A stretch of 61,517 nt of DNA, the filler included, from Stramenopiles sp. TOSAG23-2 (taxonomy: Eukaryota): the NCBI GenBank assembly GCA_900128395.1. It is 5 parts of 5 records of this genome, joined end to end, with 100 filler letters (N's around TTAATTAATTAA, not from the genome) between each part and the next. Parts side by side here need not be neighbours in the genome. Positions count along the whole stretch, not along the records: positions 24,696 to 36,919 come from LT649869.1; 4 more parts are not named here. One strand, written 5' to 3'. This document shows, piece by piece, positions 24,874 through 36,403 of this stretch (its first letter is position 1; every line of letters begins with the position of its first letter). The notes below the pieces were generated by a model. It saw only the letters and a program-made list of their open reading frames with translations. It was not told where the DNA came from and made no database searches. Both the position numbers and the translations under genes were made by a program.

Positions 24874-26454
24874 TTATTTTTTCAGCAAATTATATGCAAC
24901 AATACCAACTACCGCAACAACAGCTCCTAAAGCTATTAATCTATATGTATCTCCAGTTGATGATGATATTTCAGTTTCATATACATTGGAACCTATTAGA
25001 CTAGAATTAATGAATTTTTTTACATCATCACTATCATTCTCAATAATCGTTTGTCGCTCTCGTAACTTTTTATTTTTAACAAATACGTCTGGAGTTACCA
25101 TGGCATCTTTCACTTGTTTTTCTGGTAAGCTATCCAATGCTGTCCTAATTGCATCTGGAAACTTTGCCCAATGCGCACATGCAAGGCATACAATTGGTGT
25201 ATTTGTCATTGCATATTGACTTGCACTAACACCAATCGATGTATGTGGATCAATTAAATATTGATCACTTTCAAATATATTTTTAATAGCAGTAAAACGT
25301 TCTGATTCATCTACCATGACTGCAGATATTTCATCTTTTGCTTTCTTTAAAAATTCAACATTTACCTTCATTTGTTTTGTTTGATCAAATGTTTTCATTA
25401 AATCCAATGTTAATTTTGGATTGTTATTGCCAACATGATATAAAAAACGTTCGAAATTACTTGATACGCAAATATCCATCGATGGAGCATTTGTCTTAAC
25501 AGATTTTTGACGTGTATAATGTCCAGTGCGAAAAAATACTTCTAAAATATCATTTTCATTTGTTGCACATATCAATTCATTGATTGGCAAACCCATTTGT
25601 TTCGCATAGAACCCTGCAAGTATATCACCGAAATTACCAGTTGGTACTGAAAAGGATACTTTCTCACTACTTCGTTTATTATTTTTATCTGCCTCCCTTA
25701 CACGGAAATATGCATAGAAGTAATAAACAATTTGTGCTAAAATACGTGCCCAATTAATTGAATTCACCGCACCTAAACGATGTTTCTCTTTAAACGTTTT
25801 ATCCATATTTAATTTCTTAACAATACTTTGAGCATCATCAAATGTACCTTTAATTGCTAGGCAGCGAATGTTTGGATCAATTACAGTGGTCATTTGAAGT
25901 CGTTGTACGTCACTTACAGCGTTATGTGGAAACATGATAAAACATTCAATACCAGCTTTGCCGCGCACACCATGTATTGCACTACTACCGGTATCACCAG
26001 ACGTTGCCCCTAATATTGTTAAACGTGCTTCATCGCCTTCCTTTTCAGATAATATATGTTCAAATAAGTTACCTAAAAATTGCAACGCGACGTCTTTAAA
26101 TGCGAATGTTGGACCATGGAATAACTCTAATATATATCGTCCGTCCTTTAATTTTACTACTGGGGTAACTTCCTCACTTCGCCATTTACCATTATTATAA
26201 CTTTTATTCACTACTTTCTTTAAATCTGCTTTTGAAATTTCATCTTCTTTAATGAAGCATCCCATAACTTCAACAGCTAGATCAGCAAAGCTTAATTTGC
26301 TCCATTCTTCCAATATAAATGGATTCGATTTAATTGTAGGTATTTCCTCTGGAACCAATAAACCACCATCACTTGCTAAACCTTTTAATACTGCATCTTT
26401 AAATGTTGTTCCTTTATCTGCACCACGTGTACTAACATATTTCACAGATGTCAT
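24874..26454 (-). CDS. THR4: Threonine synthase (fungal/proteobacterial class) with a C-terminal hydrophobic tail, 526 aa
   Basis: YVSTRG, GLASDGGL, PLP-lysine motif ELFHGPTFAFKDVAL, ATSGDTGS, NSINWARI, VPTGNFGD, PSMDICVSSNFER, AHWAKF. Confidence 0.95.
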   Translation of the reverse strand: MTSVKYVSTRGADKGTTFKDAVLKGLASDGGLLVPEEIPTIKSNPFILEEWSKLSFADLAVEVMGCFIKEDEISKADLKKVVNKSYNNGKWRSEEVTPVVKLKDGRYILELFHGPTFAFKDVALQFLGNLFEHILSEKEGDEARLTILGATSGDTGSSAIHGVRGKAGIECFIMFPHNAVSDVQRLQMTTVIDPNIRCLAIKGTFDDAQSIVKKLNMDKTFKEKHRLGAVNSINWARILAQIVYYFYAYFRVREADKNNKRSSEKVSFSVPTGNFGDILAGFYAKQMGLPINELICATNENDILEVFFRTGHYTRQKSVKTNAPSMDICVSSNFERFLYHVGNNNPKLTLDLMKTFDQTKQMKVNVEFLKKAKDEISAVMVDESERFTAIKNIFESDQYLIDPHTSIGVSASQYAMTNTPIVCLACAHWAKFPDAIRTALDSLPEKQVKDAMVTPDVFVKNKKLRERQTIIENDSDDVKKFINSSLIGSNVYETEISSSTGDTYRLIALGAVVAVVGIVAYNLLKK

Positions 26455-27120
26455 TTTTATTTAATTATTTAATTTATGAGTGTGTGTGTATGTATGTATG
26501 TGATAAATGTTCTCAACTATGTTTTTGTTCACTTTAGTTGTATTATGTATTTGATATGCAAACAAAGAAAAAAGAATAAAATTCAAAACCGTTATTCATG
26601 TGTGTATTACACTGATTATATATATATTATATCGAAATATTATTTTTTTTAACCACCTGTGGTCTGTGGTATAATGTTGCTTTCCAGGCTTTCCAGTTCC
26701 AGGCTTTACCTGTAAAATTATTGAAAAAATATTAAAATATCAACTTGCCAGGTTAAGGTATGTACTGTATGTTGGCACTATGATACTATGATGATGCTAA
26801 AAAATTAAAAAAATATATAATAGGTATTATGTATAGTACTGTAACAGGTAGTGTAGAGAGGATAACAAGTAGCTACATACTGTATGTTAAATCCTAATAA
26901 TCGGCTAATCGGGTCCATTATTATCCATAAAAAACCAATAATATAAAAGTGGATATTGAACCAGGTATATATGCACATATGTTGTTGTATGCGGTATGCA
27001 TCAGTAAATCAGATATATATGATGTTTTATATTTATGAATAATAATAATAACAAATACAATAGATAGAATTGGTATATATATAGTAGACACCATCTACGA
27101 ATTTTTTTTTAGTAATAATA

Positions 27121-30100
27121 ATGCCTGCTTCTTCTTCTAAAAAAAAAGTAAAGAATGAAGATACAAAAAAAATAAATAATGGCAATAATAATAACAACAA
27201 CAATAACAACGCCTGGTTTTTCAAGACACGTCTGGTTGTAATCATTACTATTATTGTCGTAGCAACATATAATACACATAGAAAGTATGATAAGATAAAT
27301 GGTGAAATTGACAAATTAACAAAAAATATAAACCATATAAAAAGTCAAATTGATAGTCCACAGTCCTCCTCACTACTGGAGCATACAAAGCAACTTCATA
27401 CATCAATACCTTTAACAATATCACACTTTCAAAAAATAGGTACGGATACATTGATTAAACTTGGACAAGTATTCGCATATAAAAAAGTCGCTGAATCATT
27501 ATTAGCTGATCATATTCATGGTGTACCATGGAATAACGATAAGGATGATGATGAGGAGGATGGAAACGAATTGGAAAAAAAATATATTACTGGTGCAGGT
27601 GTTGATATGCTATCGTTGGCAATATCACAAAATGAAATTGATAATTCTACAGTAACGACGGAAAATATCTATCACGGTAGCAAGAAATTAAATGAACTTG
27701 GTGCTGTTTTATTCCAAAGTGCAATTCCTCACCATTTATGTGATGAAGTGGCAGAATATGCGCATGAAAAAACGGTAGATGCACCTGAAAGTAGCTTTGG
27801 CCAAATCATGGAAGCTGACTTGCGTAAAGATTTGCCGTTGTCTTTAAATACAAAAACAATGCCTATTTTAAGACATGTTTTGAAACTTTCACGTGAAATT
27901 TTGGAAGACAAGTGTGGAAAAGATCCTTTATTGGTTGAATTATCGTCGTTGATTAGTTACCCAGGCGCAAATGCGCAGAATATACACCCTGATTTTTGGG
28001 TAGATGAAGCAACCAATCACTATGATGCAAATATTGTATCTGTATTTTGTTATTTAGTTGATGTTGATGAAAATATGGCTGCATTGGATTTACTTCCAGG
28101 GACTCAAAAATTACACTTCCATTTAAACGAGGAAGCTGATGATGTAACAAAAACAGCAACCGCTGTTAGATTAGCAGTGCCAAAAGGATCATTCGTTTTA
28201 ATGGATTCGCGAACCTTTCATCGTGGGACAGACAATACGACTCCCCGTTCAAGACCTGTCTTTTATTTTTCCGTCATGGAACGCTTAAAACCAATACCTG
28301 AAGGACCTACTTATAGCATACGAAGTGATATTGCCGAAAAAAATTTTACTATTTCTACACTTCTAGATTACATCGATGCGGAACTGAGCGCGGAGAGACT
28401 CAAAGAAAAAGAAGAAAGAGAGAATTTCTATGCACCAGATAGTGCTTTGATGATAACAGCACCTAATAAAACGAAAGGTGGTGAAAAGGACAATAGTACA
28501 AACGAATTATTATCCCCATATTGGTCTCAATACCTTGAAACATCATTAAGTTCATCCTATTTTAATTTTAAACAAGATACTGTGACTGAATTAAATACGA
28601 ATAATTTTGAATTTGAAATAAATAGATCGAAATATACATTTGCATGTTTCTTTGACCCGCGTAGCGCTGCATTTCGTATTTTAAAAGATCAATATAGAAA
28701 AGCAGCGAAAATGGCAATGAAGGACACTGATCGTTATGGCCATGTAAGATTTGTTGCAATCGATGCTTCACGACATTCATATTTAACTGAGAATGTGGCA
28801 CCCATGTTAGTCGCATCAGAGCAACAAAAAGATCGTCAAGAGTTTGATTTATATCAATTCGGTCGCTCTAATTATTTTCCACTTATATTTATCATGTTTC
28901 GCGATGGTGAATTCCTTAAAGAATATACGGGTGTGGTCAAGGAAGAAGATATGCTTGACTTTGTATATAAACAGTCACAACCAGATGTTGTAAAAGTATT
29001 AGATATTGACCAAGAACATCTTCGTACATTTTTCGAGCATGAAAGAGTTGCTTTCCTACGATGCGGCTCTGCGTTTAACGCTACATTAGCTGGCGAGGAG
29101 GAAGATGATATTGATATGGATGAAACAGAGGAAACATCTAGTACTATTTATGATCAAGAAAGAATTCCGAATAGTAATTTAAAATTTGAATGGAATGTAC
29201 CATTGGTCACTGCCTATTATAAAGTGGCAAAGGAGTTAAAAGGATCCATTACATTCGCATCCCTCGATGTAGATTCATCAGATAATAGTGATCTTATTCA
29301 GGAATATTGCAAAAAAACAAAAGAAAATGTAACAAAGAACAATGATGTTATAGTCGTATATTCATATGGCAAATATATGTTATCCTTTCATGATACGGAA
29401 CTAAATATTATTAACTTTGCTAGTTTAGAACGGACTATACATTATTGGGTTGAATCCATTGCCCATAGTGTATTGGTAAACGAGTTGACACCAGACAATA
29501 GCCATACATTTTTGGATCGAATGGAACCCTTGATGATGTTATTGGTACATAAAGAAGAGGAAAGAGTTAATGGCATTGTCAAAAACAACATGATACAAGT
29601 TGCGAAGCGACTAGGATACGCAAACATTCAATTGGCATGGGCGGATGGGAAGGAATTTGGCAACCAATTTAATATTCCGCCAACCAAAAAAAGTTTACCG
29701 CGAATTGTTTTAGTTAGTAATGTGGAACACGATGGTGATGATGAAGATTTCCATACTCGATTACTTCCAAAACATCTGAAATTAAGCAAGAAAAATATAT
29801 ATAGATATTTACAAGATGGAGACATTATGAAGAAGTACAATGAATCTTGTACTAAGATTCTTGCAAAATTTTTAAAGGATTACGATATTTACAATTCAAC
29901 GAAACATGAAAACGATGATGATGATGATGATGAAAATATAGCTGCAACTGATACAAACAACACCAATACAAATAATAGTGCAACAAAAAATAAAAGCGGT
30001 TGGTTCTCTCTGGTTGCAGAGAGCAACGAAAAGGCTACTATCAGTAGCAGTGATGATGATGATAAAAAAAATCTAGTTGTAAATGATACAAACACCGATA

Positions 30101-31512
30101 AAGCAATTGCTGAACCGACAAAAATAGAACCTAATCCAGGTGAAATCCTTAGCAATATATCAGGTAGGTTGGATAAATTAGGAGAATTATATGAATATAG
30201 ATTATTGCAGACTGCACCTGAAGAGGACCGGGAGTTTGTGAAATCAGAAATTGACGCCCTTACACTATATATAGAGGCTAACTTTCCACTCTTGAAGGTA
30301 TTGGCAAAGAGCCCAGAGGAATTAGAAGTAACATTAAAAGATTCATTGAAAACGGAGGATTTGAAAAGTAAAATAGTACAAATGAGTACGATGGATGAAG
30401 CGATACAAAAGTATTCGACGAAAAGTTTGAAAAAGCTGGATCAGTTTTTAGAAACAAAAACTGAAGAGATGATTAAAAGTTTAGAGGCGAAATTGGATAG
30501 AAAGCAAATCGCAATCGACGCTACCGGAAAAGAAGAAGGAGAAAAAGAAGAAGAAACATCTTTGATAAATAATATGAAAGATTTCCCAAATTATATTCCA
30601 ATTGATAGAATACATTGGACAAACTTGTCTGTTGAAACTTTCTTCTATGAATATGCAAGAAAGAAAAAACCTATTGTCATTGAAGGGCTGCCAATTTCAA
30701 AAGTCCCGTGGACATTAAAACATATAAAAGATGTGTGTGGAAAATTAGAAGTTGAAGTAAATATGCGAGATCCAAATACGACTAATTGGGGTGGATTGGT
30801 ATATGGCGATACGTTGAATTTAGCTGATTTTATTGACACGCATGCCACCGATCCGGTGCGTAAAAAATATTATTTGCATGATTGGTCTTTGCCAGGTTAT
30901 TGCCCAGACATCATGGGTAAACCTCCGTATGATGAATATATTATGCCAAAATATTTCTCTGGGGATTACTTTCAACGTGTATTTCCAAACGGTTATCAAC
31001 ATAGCTGGCCAAGTTTATTTATAGGTGCAAAAGGGACGCAAAGTGACTTACATGTAGATTCCGGAGGCACCAACTTTTGGTTGTATTTACTAAGTGGTAA
31101 GAAAGAATGGAGATTCTTTCCCAGGGAAGATCAAATCAATTTATATAAGCGTACATATTCCGCTAAATTTGAGCCAGACATTTTCAACCCTGATTTTAAA
31201 AAATATCCATTGTTATCAAAGTCAAATATGTACCACACCATACAAAATCCTGGCGATTTAGTGTTCATCCCGGGTAGTTGCCCACATGCTGTTAGAAATT
31301 TGGATAATATTCATGGAATTAGTATGAATTATGTCGATGCATCTAATTTTTATTTGCATTTATATGTCTTGTTACAAGATCGGAAATTCCGTGAGTTTGA
31401 GCTATTTACCAATAGCAATTTCAAACAAGGTTTAAGTTCACAAATGGAAAATTTACCATTTGGTGCATTTAAATCAATGGATTGGAATTTGGTAGAGATG
31501 GATTTGTTTTGA
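27121..31512 (+). CDS. Membrane-anchored multidomain 2OG-Fe(II) oxygenase: PhyH + thioredoxin/PDI-like domains + JmjC, 1463 aa
   Basis: N-terminal TM (LVVIITIIVVA). PhyH motifs QNIHPD, FHRGTDN, RPVFYFS. Thioredoxin-like VTELNTNNF...FFDPRSAAF and ELTPDN...LAWADG. JmjC motifs LFIGAKGTQSDLHVD, GKKEW, QNPGDLVFIPGSCPHAVRN. Confidence 0.88.
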   Translation: MPASSSKKKVKNEDTKKINNGNNNNNNNNNAWFFKTRLVVIITIIVVATYNTHRKYDKINGEIDKLTKNINHIKSQIDSPQSSSLLEHTKQLHTSIPLTISHFQKIGTDTLIKLGQVFAYKKVAESLLADHIHGVPWNNDKDDDEEDGNELEKKYITGAGVDMLSLAISQNEIDNSTVTTENIYHGSKKLNELGAVLFQSAIPHHLCDEVAEYAHEKTVDAPESSFGQIMEADLRKDLPLSLNTKTMPILRHVLKLSREILEDKCGKDPLLVELSSLISYPGANAQNIHPDFWVDEATNHYDANIVSVFCYLVDVDENMAALDLLPGTQKLHFHLNEEADDVTKTATAVRLAVPKGSFVLMDSRTFHRGTDNTTPRSRPVFYFSVMERLKPIPEGPTYSIRSDIAEKNFTISTLLDYIDAELSAERLKEKEERENFYAPDSALMITAPNKTKGGEKDNSTNELLSPYWSQYLETSLSSSYFNFKQDTVTELNTNNFEFEINRSKYTFACFFDPRSAAFRILKDQYRKAAKMAMKDTDRYGHVRFVAIDASRHSYLTENVAPMLVASEQQKDRQEFDLYQFGRSNYFPLIFIMFRDGEFLKEYTGVVKEEDMLDFVYKQSQPDVVKVLDIDQEHLRTFFEHERVAFLRCGSAFNATLAGEEEDDIDMDETEETSSTIYDQERIPNSNLKFEWNVPLVTAYYKVAKELKGSITFASLDVDSSDNSDLIQEYCKKTKENVTKNNDVIVVYSYGKYMLSFHDTELNIINFASLERTIHYWVESIAHSVLVNELTPDNSHTFLDRMEPLMMLLVHKEEERVNGIVKNNMIQVAKRLGYANIQLAWADGKEFGNQFNIPPTKKSLPRIVLVSNVEHDGDDEDFHTRLLPKHLKLSKKNIYRYLQDGDIMKKYNESCTKILAKFLKDYDIYNSTKHENDDDDDDENIAATDTNNTNTNNSATKNKSGWFSLVAESNEKATISSSDDDDKKNLVVNDTNTDKAIAEPTKIEPNPGEILSNISGRLDKLGELYEYRLLQTAPEEDREFVKSEIDALTLYIEANFPLLKVLAKSPEELEVTLKDSLKTEDLKSKIVQMSTMDEAIQKYSTKSLKKLDQFLETKTEEMIKSLEAKLDRKQIAIDATGKEEGEKEEETSLINNMKDFPNYIPIDRIHWTNLSVETFFYEYARKKKPIVIEGLPISKVPWTLKHIKDVCGKLEVEVNMRDPNTTNWGGLVYGDTLNLADFIDTHATDPVRKKYYLHDWSLPGYCPDIMGKPPYDEYIMPKYFSGDYFQRVFPNGYQHSWPSLFIGAKGTQSDLHVDSGGTNFWLYLLSGKKEWRFFPREDQINLYKRTYSAKFEPDIFNPDFKKYPLLSKSNMYHTIQNPGDLVFIPGSCPHAVRNLDNIHGISMNYVDASNFYLHLYVLLQDRKFREFELFTNSNFKQGLSSQMENLPFGAFKSMDWNLVEMDLF

Positions 31513-31720
31513 GAAGAGGAGAGAGAAAGTGTGCAGGTTCAGGAGTGTGTGGAAATAGTAATTGTGTCATGAGAGTATTTATGTGTGAATGTAAATGAAG
31601 GATTGGAATTTGGTAGAGATGGATTTGTTTTGAGAAGAGGAGAGAGAAAGTGTGCAGGTTCAGGAGTGTGTGGAAATAGTAATTGTGTCATGAGAGTATT
31701 TATGTGTGAATGTAAATGAA
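31479..31720. repeat. Perfect 121-bp tandem duplication spanning the JmjC gene stop codon
   Basis: 31479-31599 equals 31600-31720. Confidence 0.92.
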
Positions 31721-32223
31721 AGTGTGACTACTATATATCCCAAATCGCCAAATTGTTTTACGATAATTAAAAAAAGTGAAAAGTGATAAAATTTTATAGT
31801 GTGCAACTGTGTAATTTCTTCCGTGAAAAAGTGTTTTTTATCGCCTAAAGGGTTTTTGCCAAGGTAAAACCCAAGTACCTATCAAAAATTATATACTATA
31901 TAGTACAAATCGAAATATGAGTGCTTTTAGCGCAGCAGGCACACATCATTAGAGCATCCGCTCTTCATCCCTCCAGCACTACAGCCTATACTATTACTTT
32001 CTTACATTTTCTTGTGTGAAGAGAAGAAAATTAAAATATCGTGTTAGTGTGCTGCTCGTCTGATGTAGATTGTGATCCCAGTGATTGAAAGTGCATAGAA
32101 TTATTAATGTAATTAATAGATACAACATAAATAGAATCTTTTCACATCACACAATATATATATCATATCAATCTATATATATATATATATATATATAGAA
32201 TATATCATATCAATCTATATATA

Positions 32224-33936
32224 ATGAGTCGTCGTTCAAATCGGGTTACTACCACAGCAGATCCTGCCGATGATGTGAAACTTTTGTCTTCCATAAACCA
32301 TTTCAAAAAGGTTTGGCGGAATAATTTAAGAAGATTGTTTCCAAAACTGCAAGTGAAGCGCGTTGTATCTCCACTATCCGAAACACAAACCTCATCTTCA
32401 TCTGCAACAGGATTGCCTGATAATAGTAATAGTTACATTCCCGGTGTCATTCTTGTAGAAGAGTTTTTAAACTTGGACGAGGTGAAAGCGCTTCGTGCGA
32501 TATTCGATGCACACCGTAGTTGGTTGAGTTACAGCTATGGCACTTCCCAAAGTAATCGTAATTTAAACTCTTCTTTATTGCGTCTTGATTTTGGTCCAGA
32601 GGATATGAGACCAGAAGGTGTCGTGGGTGAAAACGATACAAAAACATGGAGAGTCGGGAAATTGCGCCAATATATTTTGGACCTAGTCGTAGAAAGATTT
32701 AAACTAGCATATGAAATACAAAGGTACTATGGATGTAGTAATTGTGAGCGTGATCAGAATGGCTGTGAATCATGTCGCAAGGCAGCTCAAGCAAAGTTCC
32801 AAAACAAAGTGGAATTACCAATAGCAGCAAGGGGAGCAATTCCATTTTGGGAAGACGGAAGGGAAACACCAAACATGTTGCAATTGACGCAAATTCAACC
32901 CTGGTAAGTATTAAATTCTATCCCCACCTAAACCTGATACAATGGACACCCTGTCTAACACATCACTCATTCGTACGCTACGCTCCACAGGGAAACCTTG
33001 GGAACACATTGGGATTCGCGGAATAAATGGTTAGAAGGTATACTATCTATTGGATTCGGCAATGAAGCTGGTAAAGATGATCCAAGAGGGGATACGTGGA
33101 ATCTAATATTAGAGAAGGGGACAAAAGGGTACGATAAGCATTTTGAAACAATAATTAAATGCAACCCTGGCACCGCGTATATAATCTTTGGCAATGCGCA
33201 AGGGCGCACAGAAAAATGCAACGAAGACAAAGTAATGCATGAAGCTTGTCAATGTTGCTGGCGTCACGGCATTAATTCTGACCTTTCAGATAAATCTGTG
33301 CGCTTAAGTATGACTCTTAGGACGTATGACATCAATTGGGGGACTGTAGAAGTTACGCGCAAAACATCTTCGTCATCGCAGCGCAGTTATCGGATAGTCG
33401 ATGTTCGTGGGAAAAAGAGAAAACGCGGTGTGTCAGTTTTGAATTTTATTTCGAATATTTTTGGTGCAAAGGAATATGTTGGAATTGAATATCATTATCA
33501 AGGTGACATTATAACAGGTAAAATGAATACAAATGGTTTAATGGTTGTTGGTGACAATGGTGCACTGATGAAATCTGCAGACTGGGAAGTAAACGTTGCA
33601 AAATCTAAAGCAAAATATTTTAATAAATATGCATATATTGTAAGTGTAGATGGGAAAGCTCTAAGTGAGAAGTATAATGTCTTGGGTTTAAAAAAAGGAT
33701 CTTTTCGAGTTAATAAATGTGATTTTGGAAAGGATGTAGATACAAATAATACAAAAGAAGACGGAATTGATAATAATGGTGCAAGTAGTAGTAGTGGTAG
33801 TAGTAGTAGTGGTAGCAGCAGCAGTACTAATAGTAAGGTCAAAGACAGTAAAACGATGGATCAAAATAACGTTATGGACAACACAGATAACTCTGGAAGT
33901 GGTAATTCAAATCGTGCTGTAACAATGACAAACAAT

Positions 33937-33970
<34 letters not shown>

Positions 33971-35127
33971 CGACAAATACAACAAGTACAATTTCTATGT
34001 CAAAAGGTAAAACAAATGAAAAGAATCACTGTCCATCTCTTGGCAATAATAATAACGATGAGTCAGTCCATTGGACAAATACGCAAACAAGTAAACATAC
34101 AATTTCGAGGAAGAAAGAAGGGTTAAAGAAGAATGCGTTGCCACGCTTAGAAATGCTAAAAAAGGAACAACAGAAGTTTGTTAAACGGACTGATAAGATA
34201 AAGAAAAAAAAGGAAGAGCAACAACAACAAATTGCAAGAGCGGAGCTCACTGCAAACCATATGGCAAATACGATAAAAAAATTGACTAGACAAAAGCGAA
34301 AAAAATCTAGTGATGATGGGGAAAGAAAGAAAACAAAGTTGGAAGATAATGGTACAAGACAGTCAGATCATTTAAAAAAGTTTATGAAAATTGTGGAATC
34401 AGTGGAAATAGAAAAGAAGCAAGAAAGTGGTGTAGAACTTGATACGACGAAGGGGCCACTTAAAGGTTTTAAATGTGTCATTGCCATTCGATCAAATCTA
34501 GGTAGTACACTGAGTCCAATATGTGATACATATTGGACAACCTCTTCAGGAATTAAATGCCGCTCTTCTCTCGAGATACAAAAACGTCTTAATATGCTAA
34601 GTTTTGAAGACAGCCGTAACTATGCGACTGCAATGTTTAAACAAATGAATTGTATTTATCTCAAATCAACTAGGATAAGGTATTTGAAAAAGTATTGGCG
34701 CTGGAATACGGATGGTGACTGTCTCATTGATGAAAGTGATGATTCTGTGGCCTATAGTCGAAATAATAATAATATTACTAGTGGCAGTAGTAGTAGTAGC
34801 AGTAGTAGTAATAATAACAGAGGAAAAGTCGACAGTAAAATGAAGGAGGTAGTAAGGCATGCAGAGAATATAATTGGTGGACCTTCACATGAAGAATATA
34901 ATCCGTTGTATCTTGTAAAATGGAAAGGGTTACGTGATCCATCATGGGAAACATATAGTAACTTAGTGGAAATGATGGGTGGTTGTAAATATGTTGATCA
35001 ATTGATTCACGAGTATAAAAATGCCTCTGCATCAAACGGTGGCCGCAATGAAAAAAAGAAAAAGAATGAAGAGAAAAAACGTGAAAGTACAAATAATAAG
35101 CGTGATGTAAATAATCTACGTCTTTAA
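32224..35127 (+). CDS. AlkB-family 2OG-Fe(II) dioxygenase with RAMA-like, MBD-like and chromo domains; exons 32224-32903, 32991-35127 (~938 aa)
   Basis: Intron 32904-32990 (GTAAGT...TCTAAC...CAG) joins the ORFs in frame. IPGVILVEEFL, HWD, WRHGI and RLSMTLR form the AlkB HxD..H..RxSxTxR signature. C-terminal YLVKWKG..DPSWE..SNL is a chromodomain. Confidence 0.85.
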
Positions 35128-35463
35128 CACATATATATTGATACTATATGCGCAGCTGCAGGCTGCACGTAAGAAGCCTCGTGATGCTTATAAAATATTT
35201 AATTACGCGTGTATGCTTTCGTTTAGATAATTTCAATATTATTACGAGTATCATACGAGTATAAAATAATTCTCTTATTTATAATTTAAAGATTTTACAT
35301 ACACGAGTATATATATTTTTTTTATTATATTAAATAATACATTTTAATATATATATATATATACACATTTACTCGTAAAAAGAAAAAGGCAAGATTTTTT
35401 TAAACAGGATATAATTTAAGAAAAAAAAATACGAACGAACTGTTCGTACACTTTTTTCGAGTA

Positions 35464-35731
35464 ACCTATTCCATATTGACATAAATAAACAACATAATGC
35501 AAAACGAAATCGTTAAAAACAAAATCATACATAGAAATCCATTATTCGTCGTTTTCAGCAATTTACTCATTCCACGCATTAAAAAATTCATTTTAGCACC
35601 TATTCCATATTGACATAAATAAACAACATAATGCAAAACGAAATCGTTAAAAACAAAATCATACATAGAAATCCATTATTCGTCGTTTTCAGCAATTTAC
35701 TCATTCCACGCATTAAAAAATTCATTTTAGC
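35464..35731. repeat. Perfect 134-bp tandem duplication of the syntaxin 3' end
   Basis: 35464-35597 equals 35598-35731; this explains the spurious ORF 35466-35666. Confidence 0.92.
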
Positions 35732-36403
35732 TTGTGCTTCCTCCACTTCATCGTTAAATTCTTTTAACGATTTACTTTGCTCATCTAATTCCGTTGCTAT
35801 ACTTTCCGCCATACCACCAATACGCATTAAACCTTCATCCATATCATCTAAAACCTCATCTTGCTCTTTAAATATCCTTGCTTGTTCTTCTTTTTGATTA
35901 TTTACAAAACGATTATTACCATTACTATTTTGACTATTTAAACTATTATAACCACCTTTTTTATTACTACCCATGCTACTTCCAACATTATTATCGTTGT
36001 CGCCAAACAAACCGCCTTTTGCGCGAGCTTGCTGAAGCATTTTTTCTTTCACTGCCGGTGACTTTATTGTTGTTTGTGCCGATACAATTTTTGCTTTTGC
36101 AGTATTGACAAATGAACGCCTATCACTTAACTCTTGAGCATCAATATGAGGAAATTTTGATGGCGCTCTTTCAACTACTTTAACCATTTTTTCTAAGTCG
36201 CCAACGTATTGTCTTAACCTATCTATAGTCTGTTGCACTTTTTCTGTATCCTTCCGCAAACTGTTATTATTTGGGGTATTAAATGACGTATCCCATCTTT
36301 TCATACGAATAGATAGCGTATCTAATTTTGCAGTACATTTATCTTTAAATGCAAAAAATGGATCACCATGGTCTTTCATATGAATATTTTTCACCGAGGT
36401 CAT
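35600..36403 (-). CDS. STX6: Syntaxin-6/SYP61/Tlg1-like Qc-SNARE, 267 aa
   Basis: N-terminal DPF and DLEKMVKVVERAPSKFPHIDAQELSDRRSFV (syntaxin-6 N domain). SNARE motif EQDEVLDDM...IATELDEQ. C-terminal TM. Confidence 0.88.
   Translation of the reverse strand: MTSVKNIHMKDHGDPFFAFKDKCTAKLDTLSIRMKRWDTSFNTPNNNSLRKDTEKVQQTIDRLRQYVGDLEKMVKVVERAPSKFPHIDAQELSDRRSFVNTAKAKIVSAQTTIKSPAVKEKMLQQARAKGGLFGDNDNNVGSSMGSNKKGGYNSLNSQNSNGNNRFVNNQKEEQARIFKEQDEVLDDMDEGLMRIGGMAESIATELDEQSKSLKEFNDEVEEAQAKMNFLMRGMSKLLKTTNNGFLCMILFLTISFCIMLFIYVNME

Noticed and set aside
35466-35666. 66-aa ORF identical to the syntaxin C-terminus
   Set aside because: It is a by-product of the 134-bp tandem duplication.
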